A DNA stretch of 32,694 nt from Candidatus Tepidifontimicrobium thermophilum (GTDB taxonomy: Bacteria; Sysuimicrobiota; Sysuimicrobiia; Sysuimicrobiales; Sysuimicrobiaceae), in contig JAVKHO010000002.1 of the NCBI GenBank assembly GCA_031459915.1, forward strand, positions 166,693 to 199,386, in the 5' to 3' direction. Numbering within the stretch: position 1 is the first letter of the stretch; the number at the start of each line of letters is the position of its first letter. The translations under genes were made by a program, and so were the position numbers. A model generated the notes under the pieces. The model did not search any database. It saw nothing but the letters and a program-made list of their open reading frames with translations, and was not told the origin of the DNA. Positions 1 through 9,133 of the stretch are shown here, piece after piece.

Positions 1-382
1 GGTGACGGAGCTCCCGCAGCGCGGGGAACAGGCCGTAGACGCGCTGCAGGTCCCACGGCCCCTCCCGGCCCGAAGCGTACCGCGCCAGCAGGAGGTTCTC
101 CTCCACCGTGAGGTCGGGGAAGATCCGCCGGTCGTCGGGCACGTACGCGATTCCCAGCCGCGCGACCTCGAAGGGCGGCCGCCCGACCAGCTCCACGTCC
201 CGGAACCGTACGCTCCCCCGGTGAACGTGGACCAGGCCCACCACCGCCCGCAGGGTCGTGGTCTTGCCCGCCCCGTTGCGGCCCAACAGCGCCACCACCT
301 CGCCCCGCTGCACTGAAAAGCCGACGCCGTGGAGGACTACAGAGCCCCCGTAGCCGGCCACCAGCCCCTCCACTGTCAGCAA
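1..382 (-). CDS. livF: Branched-chain amino acid (Liv-type) ABC transporter ATP-binding protein, LivF-like, truncated by the window edge
   Basis: Manual translation from TTG at 382: MLTVEGLVAGYGGSVVLHGVGFSVQRGEVVALLGRNGAGKTT (Walker A)...IAYVPDDRRIFPDLTVEENL. The start overlaps the stop of the livG-like gene. The frame is open to position 1. Confidence 0.9.
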   Translation of the reverse strand, partial: MLTVEGLVAGYGGSVVLHGVGFSVQRGEVVALLGRNGAGKTTTLRAVVGLVHVHRGSVRFRDVELVGRPPFEVARLGIAYVPDDRRIFPDLTVEENLLLARYASGREGPWDLQRVYGLFPALRELRH

Positions 383-1137
383 GAGACGTCCTCCTCCCCG
401 AGGTAGGTCTCCCGCACCTCCCGGTTGTTCCGGATCTCCTCGGGAGGGCCTTCCGCCAGCACCCGCCCCCGGTTCATCACCACCACCCGGTCCGCCAGCC
501 CGAACACCACGTCCATGTCGTGCTCCACCACCACGAACGTCACGCCCCTCTGGTCCGCCAGGCGCCGCACCAGCTGCATGAGCCCGGCCCGTTCCAAGGG
601 GTTCAGGCCCGAGGACGGCTCGTCCAGCAAACACAGGCGAGGCCGGCTCGCCACCGCGATCCCTAGCTCGAGCCGCCGTTGGTCGCCGTGGGGCAGGGAC
701 CCCGCCGGCGCCTCCGCCCCCTCCCGAAGCCCCAGGTCCCCCAGCAGGGAGTCCGCTTCCTCCTCGGCTCCCCGGTAAGCACGCACCGGCCGCAGCGCAT
801 CGCGGGCCGCCCCCTGGCGCGCCAGGATGGAAACGAGGAGGTTCTCGCGGGCTGTGAGCTCCGGGAACACGGTCATGACCTGGAAGGACCGGGCCAGACC
901 CCGATGGACCCGCGCGTGTGGCGGAAGTCGCGTGATGTCGTCGCCCCGGAAGGTAATGTGCCCCTCGTCCGGAAGCAGGTGCCCGCTGAGGAGGTTCAGG
1001 GCCGTGGTCTTGCCCGCGCCGTTGGGCCCGATGAGGGCCACGCACTCTCCCTCCTCCACCTGCAGGTCCAGCCCGTCCACTGCAGCAAGGTCCCCGAAGC
1101 GCTTTCGCAGCCCCCGCGCTACCAGAAGCACCGTCAC
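376..1137 (-). CDS. livG: Liv-type ABC transporter ATP-binding protein, LivG-like
   Basis: C-terminal part of ORF 376..2250. Walker A GPNGAGKT, LPHGDQRRLE signature, LLDEP, VEHDM. GTG start at 1137 makes a GTGA overlap with the permease stop. Confidence 0.92.
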   Translation of the reverse strand: MTVLLVARGLRKRFGDLAAVDGLDLQVEEGECVALIGPNGAGKTTALNLLSGHLLPDEGHITFRGDDITRLPPHARVHRGLARSFQVMTVFPELTARENLLVSILARQGAARDALRPVRAYRGAEEEADSLLGDLGLREGAEAPAGSLPHGDQRRLELGIAVASRPRLCLLDEPSSGLNPLERAGLMQLVRRLADQRGVTFVVVEHDMDVVFGLADRVVVMNRGRVLAEGPPEEIRNNREVRETYLGEEDVSC

Positions 1138-2120
1138 CGCCCCTCCTCCCCCGCGGCGGCGGAGACCGGACGGACCCGCGCTCCGCGGACGGTCAGGGCC
1201 TCCAGCGCCCCCGCCAGCCCTCCCCGGAAGCCCAGCACCAGGGCCACCACCACCGCGCCCAGCACCAGGGACCAGTGCACGGTGAACCGCACGATGACGT
1301 CCTTGGCCGCCACCAGGACGAAGGCACCCACCAGGGGCCCTGCGAAGTGCCGGATGCCGCCCAGCAGCGTGGCCAGCACGGGCTCCGCGGAGGCGGTCCA
1401 GTGGGCGATGGGCGGGGTGACGGTGTTCTCCAGAGGCGGCAGGAGGGACCCCGCCAGGCCCGCGTACGCGCCGGCTACCGTGAAGGCCACGAGGCGCAAC
1501 CGGCGGACGTTGAGGCCCACGTGCTCGGCCCGTACCTCGCTGTCCCGCACCGCCCGCAGGGCCAGCCCCAGGGGGGAATGGACCACCCGGTGCATCAGCG
1601 CCACCGCCAGCACCGCGGCCACCAGGACGACGTAGTAGTAGCGTTCCACAGTGGGCAGGGCCACCACCAGCCCGAACAGCTCCAGGGGGGCCCGCGGGAT
1701 GCCCACCAGGCCGTCGTCCCCACCCGTGACCGCCCGCCACTTCCACGCCAGCGAGAAGATCATCATCCCGAAGGCCAGGGTCAGCATGGCGAAGTAAATT
1801 CGGGTGTGGCGGACCGACAGGGACCCCAGGAGCAACGCCGCCAGTGCGGCGGCCGCGGTCCCGCCCAGGACGCCGGGCAGTAGGGAGGGCCAGGCCAGGA
1901 GAATCCGGGCGCAGGTGTACGCGCCCACGGCGTAGAACCCCGCCTGCCCGAAGGAGAGGAGCCCCGTCTGCCCGAACAGCAGGTTGAACCCCACCGCGTT
2001 CAACGCCAGCAGCAGGATGTGGATGACCAGGTAGGTCACGTACCGGCTCGCCACCGCAGGGAGCAACACCAGTGCCAGCAGGAGGCCTGCGACGGCCCAG
2101 CGTCGGGCGAGGTCGTTCAT
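1134..2120 (-). CDS. livM: Liv-type ABC transporter permease, LivM-like
   Basis: Starts MNDLARR. Motifs GQTGLLSFGQAGFYAVGAY, YFAMLTLAFG, TGGDDGL. Hydrophobic. ATGA overlap with the livH-like stop. Confidence 0.92.
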   Translation of the reverse strand: MNDLARRWAVAGLLLALVLLPAVASRYVTYLVIHILLLALNAVGFNLLFGQTGLLSFGQAGFYAVGAYTCARILLAWPSLLPGVLGGTAAAALAALLLGSLSVRHTRIYFAMLTLAFGMMIFSLAWKWRAVTGGDDGLVGIPRAPLELFGLVVALPTVERYYYVVLVAAVLAVALMHRVVHSPLGLALRAVRDSEVRAEHVGLNVRRLRLVAFTVAGAYAGLAGSLLPPLENTVTPPIAHWTASAEPVLATLLGGIRHFAGPLVGAFVLVAAKDVIVRFTVHWSLVLGAVVVALVLGFRGGLAGALEALTVRGARVRPVSAAAGEEGR

Positions 2121-2974
2121 CGGGCGAACAGCCCCTGAGGCCGCACCAACAGGACGGCGGCCATGATGGCGAAGATGAAGAACAGCTCGAACTCGGGGAA
2201 CCACAGGGTGCCGTAGCTGGACAGCACCCCGACCAGCAGGGAGCCCGCAAACGCGCCCCGCAGGTTGCCCAGTCCGCCGATCACGGTGATGATGAAGGCC
2301 TGCACGATCATGGCGGCGCCGATCCCAGGAGCTACCGGCCGCACCGGGGTGGAAAGAGCCCCACCCAGGGCCGCGAGGGCCGAGCCGAGCATGAAGACCG
2401 AGGAGAACACGGTGGGAGTCCGGATCCCCAGGGCCGCGGCCATCTCCCGGTCGGAGGCCGTGGCCCGTACCGCCCGACCCCACCAGGTACGGTCGAACAA
2501 CCACCAGAGCCCCACGCCCACCGACAACCCCACCGCGATCAGGAAGAGGTTGTAAAAGGGGTACGGCCGGCCGAAGAGGCTCACGCTCCCCTGCAGCCAC
2601 CCGGGGATGGGCGGGATTCGGAACACCCCGCCCCACACCAGCTTCGCGAGGTCGTCCAGGAACAGCACCAGCCCAAAAGTCAGGAGAAGCTGGTAGCTGG
2701 GGTCTAGCCCGTACAGGGGCCGCAGTAAGCCCCGCTCCACCCCGGCCCCCACGAGCGCCACCACCGCCATGCTGCCCAGCACCGCCAGCCCGAAGGGGAC
2801 CCCCGCGAGGCCGTACAGGGTGTAGCCGAGGTAGGCGCCCAGCATGAACAGGCTGCCGTGGGCGAAGTTCAGCACGCCCAGAACCCCGAAGATGATGGTG
2901 AGGCCGGCGGAGACCAGCCACAGGTACATGGCGGAGCTCAGCCCGATCAGGCCCTGGTAGGCGAAGACCTCCAT
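2117..2974 (-). CDS. livH: Liv-type ABC transporter permease, LivH-like
   Basis: GLTIIFGVLGVLNFAHGSLFMLGAY and IGGLGNLRGA motifs; multiple TM segments. Confidence 0.92.
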   Translation of the reverse strand: MEVFAYQGLIGLSSAMYLWLVSAGLTIIFGVLGVLNFAHGSLFMLGAYLGYTLYGLAGVPFGLAVLGSMAVVALVGAGVERGLLRPLYGLDPSYQLLLTFGLVLFLDDLAKLVWGGVFRIPPIPGWLQGSVSLFGRPYPFYNLFLIAVGLSVGVGLWWLFDRTWWGRAVRATASDREMAAALGIRTPTVFSSVFMLGSALAALGGALSTPVRPVAPGIGAAMIVQAFIITVIGGLGNLRGAFAGSLLVGVLSSYGTLWFPEFELFFIFAIMAAVLLVRPQGLFAR

Positions 2975-2993
2975 GCCCCACCTGGGGCGGCGG

Positions 2994-4253
2994 CTACTTG
3001 CTCAGCTCCAGGGGCCGGAAGGGCGGCCACCGCCAGTAGTCCTTGGGGTCGAACACCTTCAGTTCCCCCAGCACCGCGATGGGGTAGCGCGGGTCCCACA
3101 CCACCTTCCCCGCGGGCACCGCGTAAACGAACTGGTGGTCCTCTGACCGGAACACCCGCAGGCCTGCAGGGGTCTCAACCCGCATCCCCTGCAGGGCCGC
3201 GATCACCCGGTCCGTCTGCAGGCTGCGGGCCTTCTCCACCGCCGCCTTGGTGATGTACACGGCGGAGTAGGTGGTCTCCGCGGAGTAGTTCGGCATGCGG
3301 TTCCACCGCTTGGCGAAGCGGCTCACGAACGACCGGTTCGTCTCCGTGTTGGGCCAGTTGTGGATGTACCGGGCGGTGGCGTACAGCTTGCCCTGAAAGC
3401 GGCCCTCCCGCACCTCCTGGGAGATCCCCTCCAGCACGTCCACGGAGCCGCCCATGGCCTGGAACCACACCTTGATCCGGTCGAACACTCCCTGCAGCAA
3501 CGCCTGCCGGAGCAGGGTGACCGCTTCACCCGCCCACGGCGTGGCGATGATGCCGTCCGGGTTCGTGGCCATGACCGCCGCGATGTGGGGCGAGAAGTCC
3601 GTGGTCAGGAACGGCGCCCACGCGGCGCCCACGAACTCCACGTCGGGCCGCAACCGGCGCATCTGTTCCCGGAAGATGGCCCAGGTCGCGTAGCCGTACT
3701 CGTAGTCGGCCCCGATGGTGGCCCACCGGCGGACGTCCCGGCGGTCGCGGAACAGCCACGCGGCCACTGCGTCCTGGTACACGGGCGCACTCACCCGCAC
3801 GATCTGCTTGATCTTCTGCTGGGCCACCAGCTCCTCCGTCAGGCGGTGGGTGGCCGCGTGGGTGAAGAACTGGATCCGGTCGAGCTCCCGCAGCACCGGG
3901 CCCAGCGCCATGGCCACCCCGCTGCTGTCGGTCCCGTAGAGGAAGTGCGCGCCCCACTCCGTCACCAAAAACCGGGCGTTCCGCACACCGACCGCCGGCC
4001 GGTTCTCGTCGTCCATGAATCGCATCTCCAGTCGGCAGCCGAGGATCCCTCCCGCGGCGTTGATCTCCTCCACCGCCAGTTGGGCCCCCATCTCGATCTG
4101 GCGCCCGTAGTCCGCGTGGGGACCGGACGCCACACCCTGCACCCCGAGCTTGATGGCGGGCACGCCAAGAGCACAGGCGGCCGGGCCCGCGGCACTCCAG
4201 GAGGCCCCGAACAGCAGACCCACCCCGACCAAGACGACCCACACCGTCCGCAT
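2994..4253 (-). CDS. Liv/HAAT-family ABC transporter substrate-binding protein
   Basis: ATG at 4253 after a purine-rich RBS (GAAAGGGGGG). Sec-type signal peptide. LAVEEINAAGGILG, DYEYG and TDFSPHI motifs. Lies upstream of livHMGF. Confidence 0.9.
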   Translation of the reverse strand: MRTVWVVLVGVGLLFGASWSAAGPAACALGVPAIKLGVQGVASGPHADYGRQIEMGAQLAVEEINAAGGILGCRLEMRFMDDENRPAVGVRNARFLVTEWGAHFLYGTDSSGVAMALGPVLRELDRIQFFTHAATHRLTEELVAQQKIKQIVRVSAPVYQDAVAAWLFRDRRDVRRWATIGADYEYGYATWAIFREQMRRLRPDVEFVGAAWAPFLTTDFSPHIAAVMATNPDGIIATPWAGEAVTLLRQALLQGVFDRIKVWFQAMGGSVDVLEGISQEVREGRFQGKLYATARYIHNWPNTETNRSFVSRFAKRWNRMPNYSAETTYSAVYITKAAVEKARSLQTDRVIAALQGMRVETPAGLRVFRSEDHQFVYAVPAGKVVWDPRYPIAVLGELKVFDPKDYWRWPPFRPLELSK

Positions 4254-4338
4254 GCTCGACCCCCCTTTCCGGTTCTGCCCGCTGTTTCGCGATCCGGGCG
4301 AGCGGTTCCTCCCGCACGCCAGCCCGCTCTGCGGGATC

Positions 4339-5601
4339 CTACGGGTAGATCCCGCGGGTGTAGAGGGCGTCCGACACCCGCTCGATGGCGCGGACCAGGG
4401 CGGCCGTCCGCAGATCCACCCCGCGCTCCTGGGCCGTGCGCCACACGTCGCGGAAGCTGCGGACCAGTAGCCGTTCCAGCCGCTCGCGCACTTCCTCCTC
4501 CGTCCAGAAGAACGCCTGCAGGTCCTGCACCCACTCGAAGTACGAGACGATGACCCCGCCGGAGTTCGCCACGATGTCGGGCACCACCAGGACGCCGCGA
4601 CGCTGGAGGCGATCGTCCGCCTCCGGGGTGGTGGGACCGTTCGCACCCTCGATGACCAGCTTCGCCTGAACCCGGTCAGCGTTCTCCGCGGTGATCTGTC
4701 CCTCCAGGGCGGCAGGAACCAGGATGTCGCACGGCAACTCCAGCAGCTCCTTGCCGGAGATCCGGGCTGCCTGCGGGAAGTCGGCCACCGTCCCGGTAGC
4801 CCGCTTGTGCTGCAACAGCGCCTGGGGGTCCAGCCCCCGGGGGTCGTGCACCCCGCCCCCCGAGTCGCTCACGGCCACCACCACCGCGCCCATACGGTGC
4901 AGGGTGAGGGCCGCCACGGAGCCCACGTTCCCGAACCCCTGGACTGCCACCCGCGCACCCTCCAGGGAAAATCCCAGGGTCCGGGCCGCCTCCCGCGCCA
5001 CCAGGGCACAGCCCAGACCGGTTGCCTCTTCCCGGCCTACGGACCCGCCCACGGACACGGGCTTGCCGGTCACCACCGCGGGCACGGAGTACCCCCGGTG
5101 CATGCTGTAGGTGTCCATGATCCACGCCATCACCTGCGGGTTGGTGCCCACGTCCGGGGCGGGGATGTCGCTCTCGGGCCCCATCAACACGCTGATCTCC
5201 GTGGCGTACCGACGCGTGAGCCTCTCGAGCTCGCCCGGGGACAGCTGCTTGGGGTCGCACACCACCCCGCCCTTGGCCCCTCCATAGGGCAGGCCCGCGA
5301 TGGCGCACTTCCACGTCATCCACATGGCCAGCGCCCTCACCTCGTTCAGGGTGACGCTCGGGTGGTACCGGATACCGCCCTTGGTGGGCCCCAAGACGGT
5401 GCTGTGGTGCACCCGGTAGCCCGTGAAAATTCGGACTGAGCCGTCGTCCATCTTGACCGGGAAGTTCACGGTGAGCTCGCGTTTGGGGTACGCGAGGAAC
5501 TCCCGGATGCCTCGCTTGAGCGGCACGTAGCGCGCCGCCCGGTGGAACTGCTCCAGGGCCATCTCCCACGGGTCCGAAATGGTGACCGCCGGCTGAGCCA
5601 T
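4339..5601 (-). CDS. gdhA: Glutamate dehydrogenase (Glu/Leu/Phe/Val dehydrogenase family)
   Basis: [17 protein letters not shown], catalytic [22 protein letters not shown] dinucleotide motif, [31 protein letters not shown]. Confidence 0.95.
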   Translation of the reverse strand: MAQPAVTISDPWEMALEQFHRAARYVPLKRGIREFLAYPKRELTVNFPVKMDDGSVRIFTGYRVHHSTVLGPTKGGIRYHPSVTLNEVRALAMWMTWKCAIAGLPYGGAKGGVVCDPKQLSPGELERLTRRYATEISVLMGPESDIPAPDVGTNPQVMAWIMDTYSMHRGYSVPAVVTGKPVSVGGSVGREEATGLGCALVAREAARTLGFSLEGARVAVQGFGNVGSVAALTLHRMGAVVVAVSDSGGGVHDPRGLDPQALLQHKRATGTVADFPQAARISGKELLELPCDILVPAALEGQITAENADRVQAKLVIEGANGPTTPEADDRLQRRGVLVVPDIVANSGGVIVSYFEWVQDLQAFFWTEEEVRERLERLLVRSFRDVWRTAQERGVDLRTAALVRAIERVSDALYTRGIYP

Positions 5602-5631
5602 GTGCGTCCCTCCTCCGCAACGCTCTTTCTC

Positions 5632-5640
5632 AGGCTAGCA
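5632..5640 (-). promoter_or_regulatory. Possible extended -10 promoter (TGcTAGCCT) for gdh and the downstream liv genes
   Basis: TGnTAnnnT about 30 nt upstream of the gdh ATG. No convincing -35. Confidence 0.35.
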
Positions 5641-5684
5641 CCTATCGCACGCACGGCGGGATCCGTTCGCGACCGTACCCGATC

Positions 5685-5708
5685 AACCCCCGCTCCGCTT
5701 CGGCCGTC
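5685..5708 (+). promoter_or_regulatory. Possible ECF-sigma promoter (AAC-N17-CGTC) for the 5753 gene
   Basis: AAC at 5685-5687, a 17-nt spacer, CGTC at 5705-5708. Resembles the general ECF AAC/CGT consensus, but the motif is short. Confidence 0.35.
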
Positions 5709-5752
5709 CATCCTTCACGGAAGCAACCTGACACGCCACAGGAGGTGGGACG

Positions 5753-6169
5753 GTGGCAGGCAAGCTCGTCACGTTGCTGTCAGCCGTGGCGCTGGGGGCC
5801 GCCCTGGCAGGGGTCGTCCCCGCATCGGTGCAGGCCGCCCCGGCCATGCCGGAGCGCTCGGCCTGCTGGGACCCCGCGGTGCGGGCGCAGTTCGAGACGG
5901 TGTACGACCGCCACCGCATCGCCTTACGGAACGCCCGCAACCGCGTGGAGGACGAACGGTACGCGTTGCGCCGGCTCCTCACCTCCGCCCAGGCGACCCG
6001 CGCCCAGGTGGAGGCGCAGGCGGGGAGGCTGGGCGAGGCGCTCGCGGCGCTAGCGCGCGCTCGGGCAGCGTTCCTCTGGGACCTGCGGGAGGCGCTGCCC
6101 GCGGACCGGCGCGAGGCCCTCATGCGCTGCTTCGTACGACCGGGCTTCGGCCCCCGTTGGCGGCGGTAG
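5753..6169 (+). CDS. Small secreted helical protein, Spy/CpxP/periplasmic heavy-metal-sensor-like
   Basis: RBS AGGAGGT before GTG. Signal peptide ending VQA-A. Charged amphipathic helices. C-terminal LPADRREAL resembles the LTxEQR motif. Confidence 0.6.
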   Translation: MAGKLVTLLSAVALGAALAGVVPASVQAAPAMPERSACWDPAVRAQFETVYDRHRIALRNARNRVEDERYALRRLLTSAQATRAQVEAQAGRLGEALAALARARAAFLWDLREALPADRREALMRCFVRPGFGPRWRR

Positions 6170-6174
6170 GCCGA

Positions 6175-6227
6175 CCGCCTCCCGCGGCACACGCGGGGCG
6201 CCGCCTGCCGCCACCGAGGCGGAGGCG
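6175..6227. terminator. GC-rich hairpins between convergent genes (possible bidirectional terminator)
   Basis: CCCGCG-gcaca-CGCGGG (6181-6197) and CGCCT-g-CCGCC-accga-GGCGG-AGGCG (6202-6227) lie between the stops at 6169 and 6232. No U-tract. Confidence 0.4.
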
Positions 6228-6231
6228 CGGG

Positions 6232-6834
6232 TCAGGCATCGCCTCCACGCGCGCCCGTGACCCGCGCCCAGTCCTCGGGCGTGTCCACGTCCACCGCCGC
6301 CTCTGGCACCGGGACGAGGACCGCCTCGTCCCGGTGCCGGTCGATCACTCCCCTGGCACCCACGTCTCCTGTGAGAGCCAGCAGCTCCGGGAACAACTGG
6401 CGGCTGAACACCGCGGGGACCCCGACCGTCCCCGCGTAGGACGCGGCTACCACGGGCGCGCCCGTCCTCCGGTACGCCTCGACGAGCCTGCGCAGGTGTT
6501 GAGCGGTGACCGCGGGCTGGTCCGCCAGGACCACGAGGACCGCAGGAGCGTCCCGCACCGCCCGCAGGCCACAACGGAGAGAGCTGGCGATCCCTTCGGC
6601 GTAGCCCGGGTTTGCCACCACCTCTACGGGCAGGCCACCCAGCTCCGCCCGCATGCGGTCTGGATCAGGCCCCACCACCACGACCACCTGGCGACAGGCG
6701 GCGGTCGCCGCCTCCGCCGCCCGGCGCAGAAGACTCACCCCGCTCCACCGGAGAAGCAACTTGGCCTGGCCCATGCGCCGGCTGGCGCCCGCCGCCAGCA
6801 CCACTCCGGCCACCACGGGGTCAGGCTCCGCCAC
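6232..6834 (-). CDS. mocA: Molybdenum cofactor cytidylyltransferase (MocA-like NTP transferase)
   Basis: VLAAGASRRMGQAKLLL, NPGYAEGIASSL, LADQP, GDVGAR, DVDTPED. Directly downstream of xdhC. GTG start at 6834 is inferred. Confidence 0.85.
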   Translation of the reverse strand: MAEPDPVVAGVVLAAGASRRMGQAKLLLRWSGVSLLRRAAEAATAACRQVVVVVGPDPDRMRAELGGLPVEVVANPGYAEGIASSLRCGLRAVRDAPAVLVVLADQPAVTAQHLRRLVEAYRRTGAPVVAASYAGTVGVPAVFSRQLFPELLALTGDVGARGVIDRHRDEAVLVPVPEAAVDVDTPEDWARVTGARGGDA

Positions 6835-6844
6835 GGGGGACGCG

Positions 6845-7969
6845 TCAACCGGACGCCGGCACCGCCTCGTGGATCCTGGCGGGCCGATCCCGCAGGAACC
6901 CACCCGAGCGCCCGTTCCGTGCCGCTAGGATCTCCGCGAGAATGGCCAGCGCGATCTGCTCGGGTCCCTCGGCCCCGATATCTAGGCCCACGGGGGTGAA
7001 CAGCCGCTGCCGCTGCTCCGCCGACGGCACCACCCCGGACTCCGCCAGCTCCTGCAGGATCTTCTGCGTGCGCTGCCGGGGGCCCAGCACGCCCACGTAC
7101 GCAGGGAAACTGTGGTACGTCAGGAAGGACCGCAGGAGGTCCCGGTCGTGGAGGTAGTTGTGGGTCATGATCACCACGAACGTCCGGCCGTCTGGCCGGA
7201 CCGCCTGTGCGGCGAGGGGGAACTCGGTGTGCAAGAACCCGTGCGCCTGCGGGAACCGCTCCCGGGTGAGGAACTTCTCCCGCCGGTCCACCACGACGGG
7301 ACGGAGGCCCAGCTCTGCAGCGAAGTGCACCACGGGGATGGCATCGTGCCCGGCGCCGCACACCACCAGCCGCGGCGGAGGCAGGATGGGCTCCGCGAAC
7401 AGCTCGTAGGCGTCCGCGGCCGCCCGACACGGACGCTCGGAGGACAGGGCCTGCTGTCCGAGTTCCAGCGCGGCCGCGTCCAGGTCTGGCCGGCCCAGGC
7501 TTCCGGTCACCCGTCGGGACTCCTCCACCACCACCCTCCGGCCCAGCAGATCTGCCGCCTCGGGCCCCACCACGCTGACCACCGCCAACGGTACCTCCTG
7601 CTCCACCGCGCGCGCCAGGTAACTCTCGGGGGACGGCTGCACAACCCCCACCTTCTCCAGCAGCACGTCGATGACCCCGTTGCACCCGAGCCCAAGACCC
7701 CACACCGCCTCGTCGTCGGCGGTAAGGTCGTAGTGCAGCAGCCGGGCCCGCCCGTCCCGCAACACCTCCTCGGCCACCACCTGGATGTCACCTTCCAGGC
7801 AGCCGCCGGACACCGACCCCACGGTGCGGCCGGAGGCCAGGATCAGCAGACGTGCACCCTCACGCCGGTAGGTGGAGCCCCGCACCCCCACCACCGTGGC
7901 CAGCGCCGCCTCTTCGTCACGGGTGCGGGCATCCCGCAGACCCGCCAGAATGTCCAACAGCTCCCGCAT
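6845..7969 (-). CDS. xdhC: XdhC/CoxI-family molybdenum hydroxylase maturation factor
   Basis: GSTYRREGA, GSVSGGCLE, GLGLGCNG, GAGHDA, MTHNY, YVGVLGPR, PVGLDIGAEGPEQIALAILAEI. Confidence 0.92.
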   Translation of the reverse strand: MRELLDILAGLRDARTRDEEAALATVVGVRGSTYRREGARLLILASGRTVGSVSGGCLEGDIQVVAEEVLRDGRARLLHYDLTADDEAVWGLGLGCNGVIDVLLEKVGVVQPSPESYLARAVEQEVPLAVVSVVGPEAADLLGRRVVVEESRRVTGSLGRPDLDAAALELGQQALSSERPCRAAADAYELFAEPILPPPRLVVCGAGHDAIPVVHFAAELGLRPVVVDRREKFLTRERFPQAHGFLHTEFPLAAQAVRPDGRTFVVIMTHNYLHDRDLLRSFLTYHSFPAYVGVLGPRQRTQKILQELAESGVVPSAEQRQRLFTPVGLDIGAEGPEQIALAILAEILAARNGRSGGFLRDRPARIHEAVPASG

Positions 7970-7973
7970 ACGC

Positions 7974-9119
7974 CTACCTCCTCGGCCGCCCCACCCTCCC
8001 CCGGGCCAGCACCCGCTCCAGCTCCCGCAGGCTGTCCGCGTTGTGGGCCGAAGCGAACACGTGGACGTACGGCAGCGCAGCCTGCATCCCCCGGGTGAGG
8101 GGCTGGTAGCCGGGGCTGCCCAGCAACGGGTTGAGCCAGATGACCCGAGCCGCCCGCGAGCGGATCTCCTGCATGGCCCTGCGCAGGACCTCTACCTCTC
8201 CCGTATCCCACCCGTCACTGACGATGAGCACCACGGTGTGCCGGTCCAGGAGTCCCCCGTAGCGGTCCAAGAACTGCCGCAGGCTGCTGCCGATCTTGGT
8301 CCCCCCAGACCAGTTGGGCACCCTCTGGCTAAGCCGGTCCAGGGCAGCTCGTAGAGAGCGGGTTCGCAGTTCCTCGGTGACCCGGGTCAGGGACGTACTG
8401 AACACGAAGGACTCCACCCGCCCCAGGGCGTCCTGCAGGGCGTACACGAACTGGATGAGGAACCGGCTGTAGACGTCCATGGACCCGGACACGTCGCACA
8501 GCAGGACGACCCGGTGCTTGCGGACCTTCCGGCGTTGGAACGCGAGCCCGGGGAACTCCCCGCCCCAGCGCAGGTGCAGCCGGAGGGTCCGGCGCATGTC
8601 CAGCAAGTGACTGCGCCGCGCCCGGCGCCGGCGCCGACTCCACCGCGTTGCGATGCGCCGCGCGATGGCCACCACCAGACGGGCGATCACGTCCAGCTCG
8701 TCCTCCCGGAAGCTGGAGAAGTCCTTGCGGCTCAGCACCTCCACCGGGCTGTAGCCGGGCAGCTCCTGCTCCCCCTCCGTAGCCTCCTCCGCCCAGCGCC
8801 GCAACGAGGGGGTGCCCAGGCTGGCGGCCTCGGCCACGGCCTGCGGCTCCGGCCGGTCCTCCTGCCCCTCCGACCGTTGAGCCAACCCGGTCTGCCAGTA
8901 CGCGACGAACAGGGCGTCGAACACCCCTAGGTCCTCCCGGCGGTGCGGTAGGGTGGTGCGCAGGGCCAGGCGGAAGGCTTCCCGATCCAGGACGTTGACC
9001 GCCCGCAGAGCCCGCAGGGCGTCCGCGGTCTCCGCGGGCCCGCAGAGAACCCCCCGGGCCCGAAGCCGGCGGCTGAACTCCACCACGTGCTCCGTGAGGC
9101 TCCCGAAGTCCGGCCGCAT
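7974..9119 (-). CDS. CoxE-like von Willebrand A (vWA) domain protein
   Basis: ATG at 9119 (MRPDFG). Intact MIDAS: DVSGSM, WSGGTKIG, SDGWD. Also IWLNPL and YQPLTRGM. Follows a MoxR ATPase. Confidence 0.9.
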   Translation of the reverse strand: MRPDFGSLTEHVVEFSRRLRARGVLCGPAETADALRALRAVNVLDREAFRLALRTTLPHRREDLGVFDALFVAYWQTGLAQRSEGQEDRPEPQAVAEAASLGTPSLRRWAEEATEGEQELPGYSPVEVLSRKDFSSFREDELDVIARLVVAIARRIATRWSRRRRRARRSHLLDMRRTLRLHLRWGGEFPGLAFQRRKVRKHRVVLLCDVSGSMDVYSRFLIQFVYALQDALGRVESFVFSTSLTRVTEELRTRSLRAALDRLSQRVPNWSGGTKIGSSLRQFLDRYGGLLDRHTVVLIVSDGWDTGEVEVLRRAMQEIRSRAARVIWLNPLLGSPGYQPLTRGMQAALPYVHVFASAHNADSLRELERVLARGRVGRPRR

Positions 9120-9133
9120 CAGCCCCCGGCCCG

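Noticed and set aside
376..2981. Very long ORFs 376..2250 (624 aa) and 1134..2981 (615 aa) that look like fusions
   Set aside because: The N-terminal halves are out-of-frame read-through of upstream liv genes (low-complexity R/G/P/A). The real starts are at 1137 and 2120, with stop/start overlaps.
4254..4338. Possible riboswitch between gdh and the SBP gene
   Set aside because: Only short GC stems expected by chance; no recognisable aptamer consensus or expression platform.
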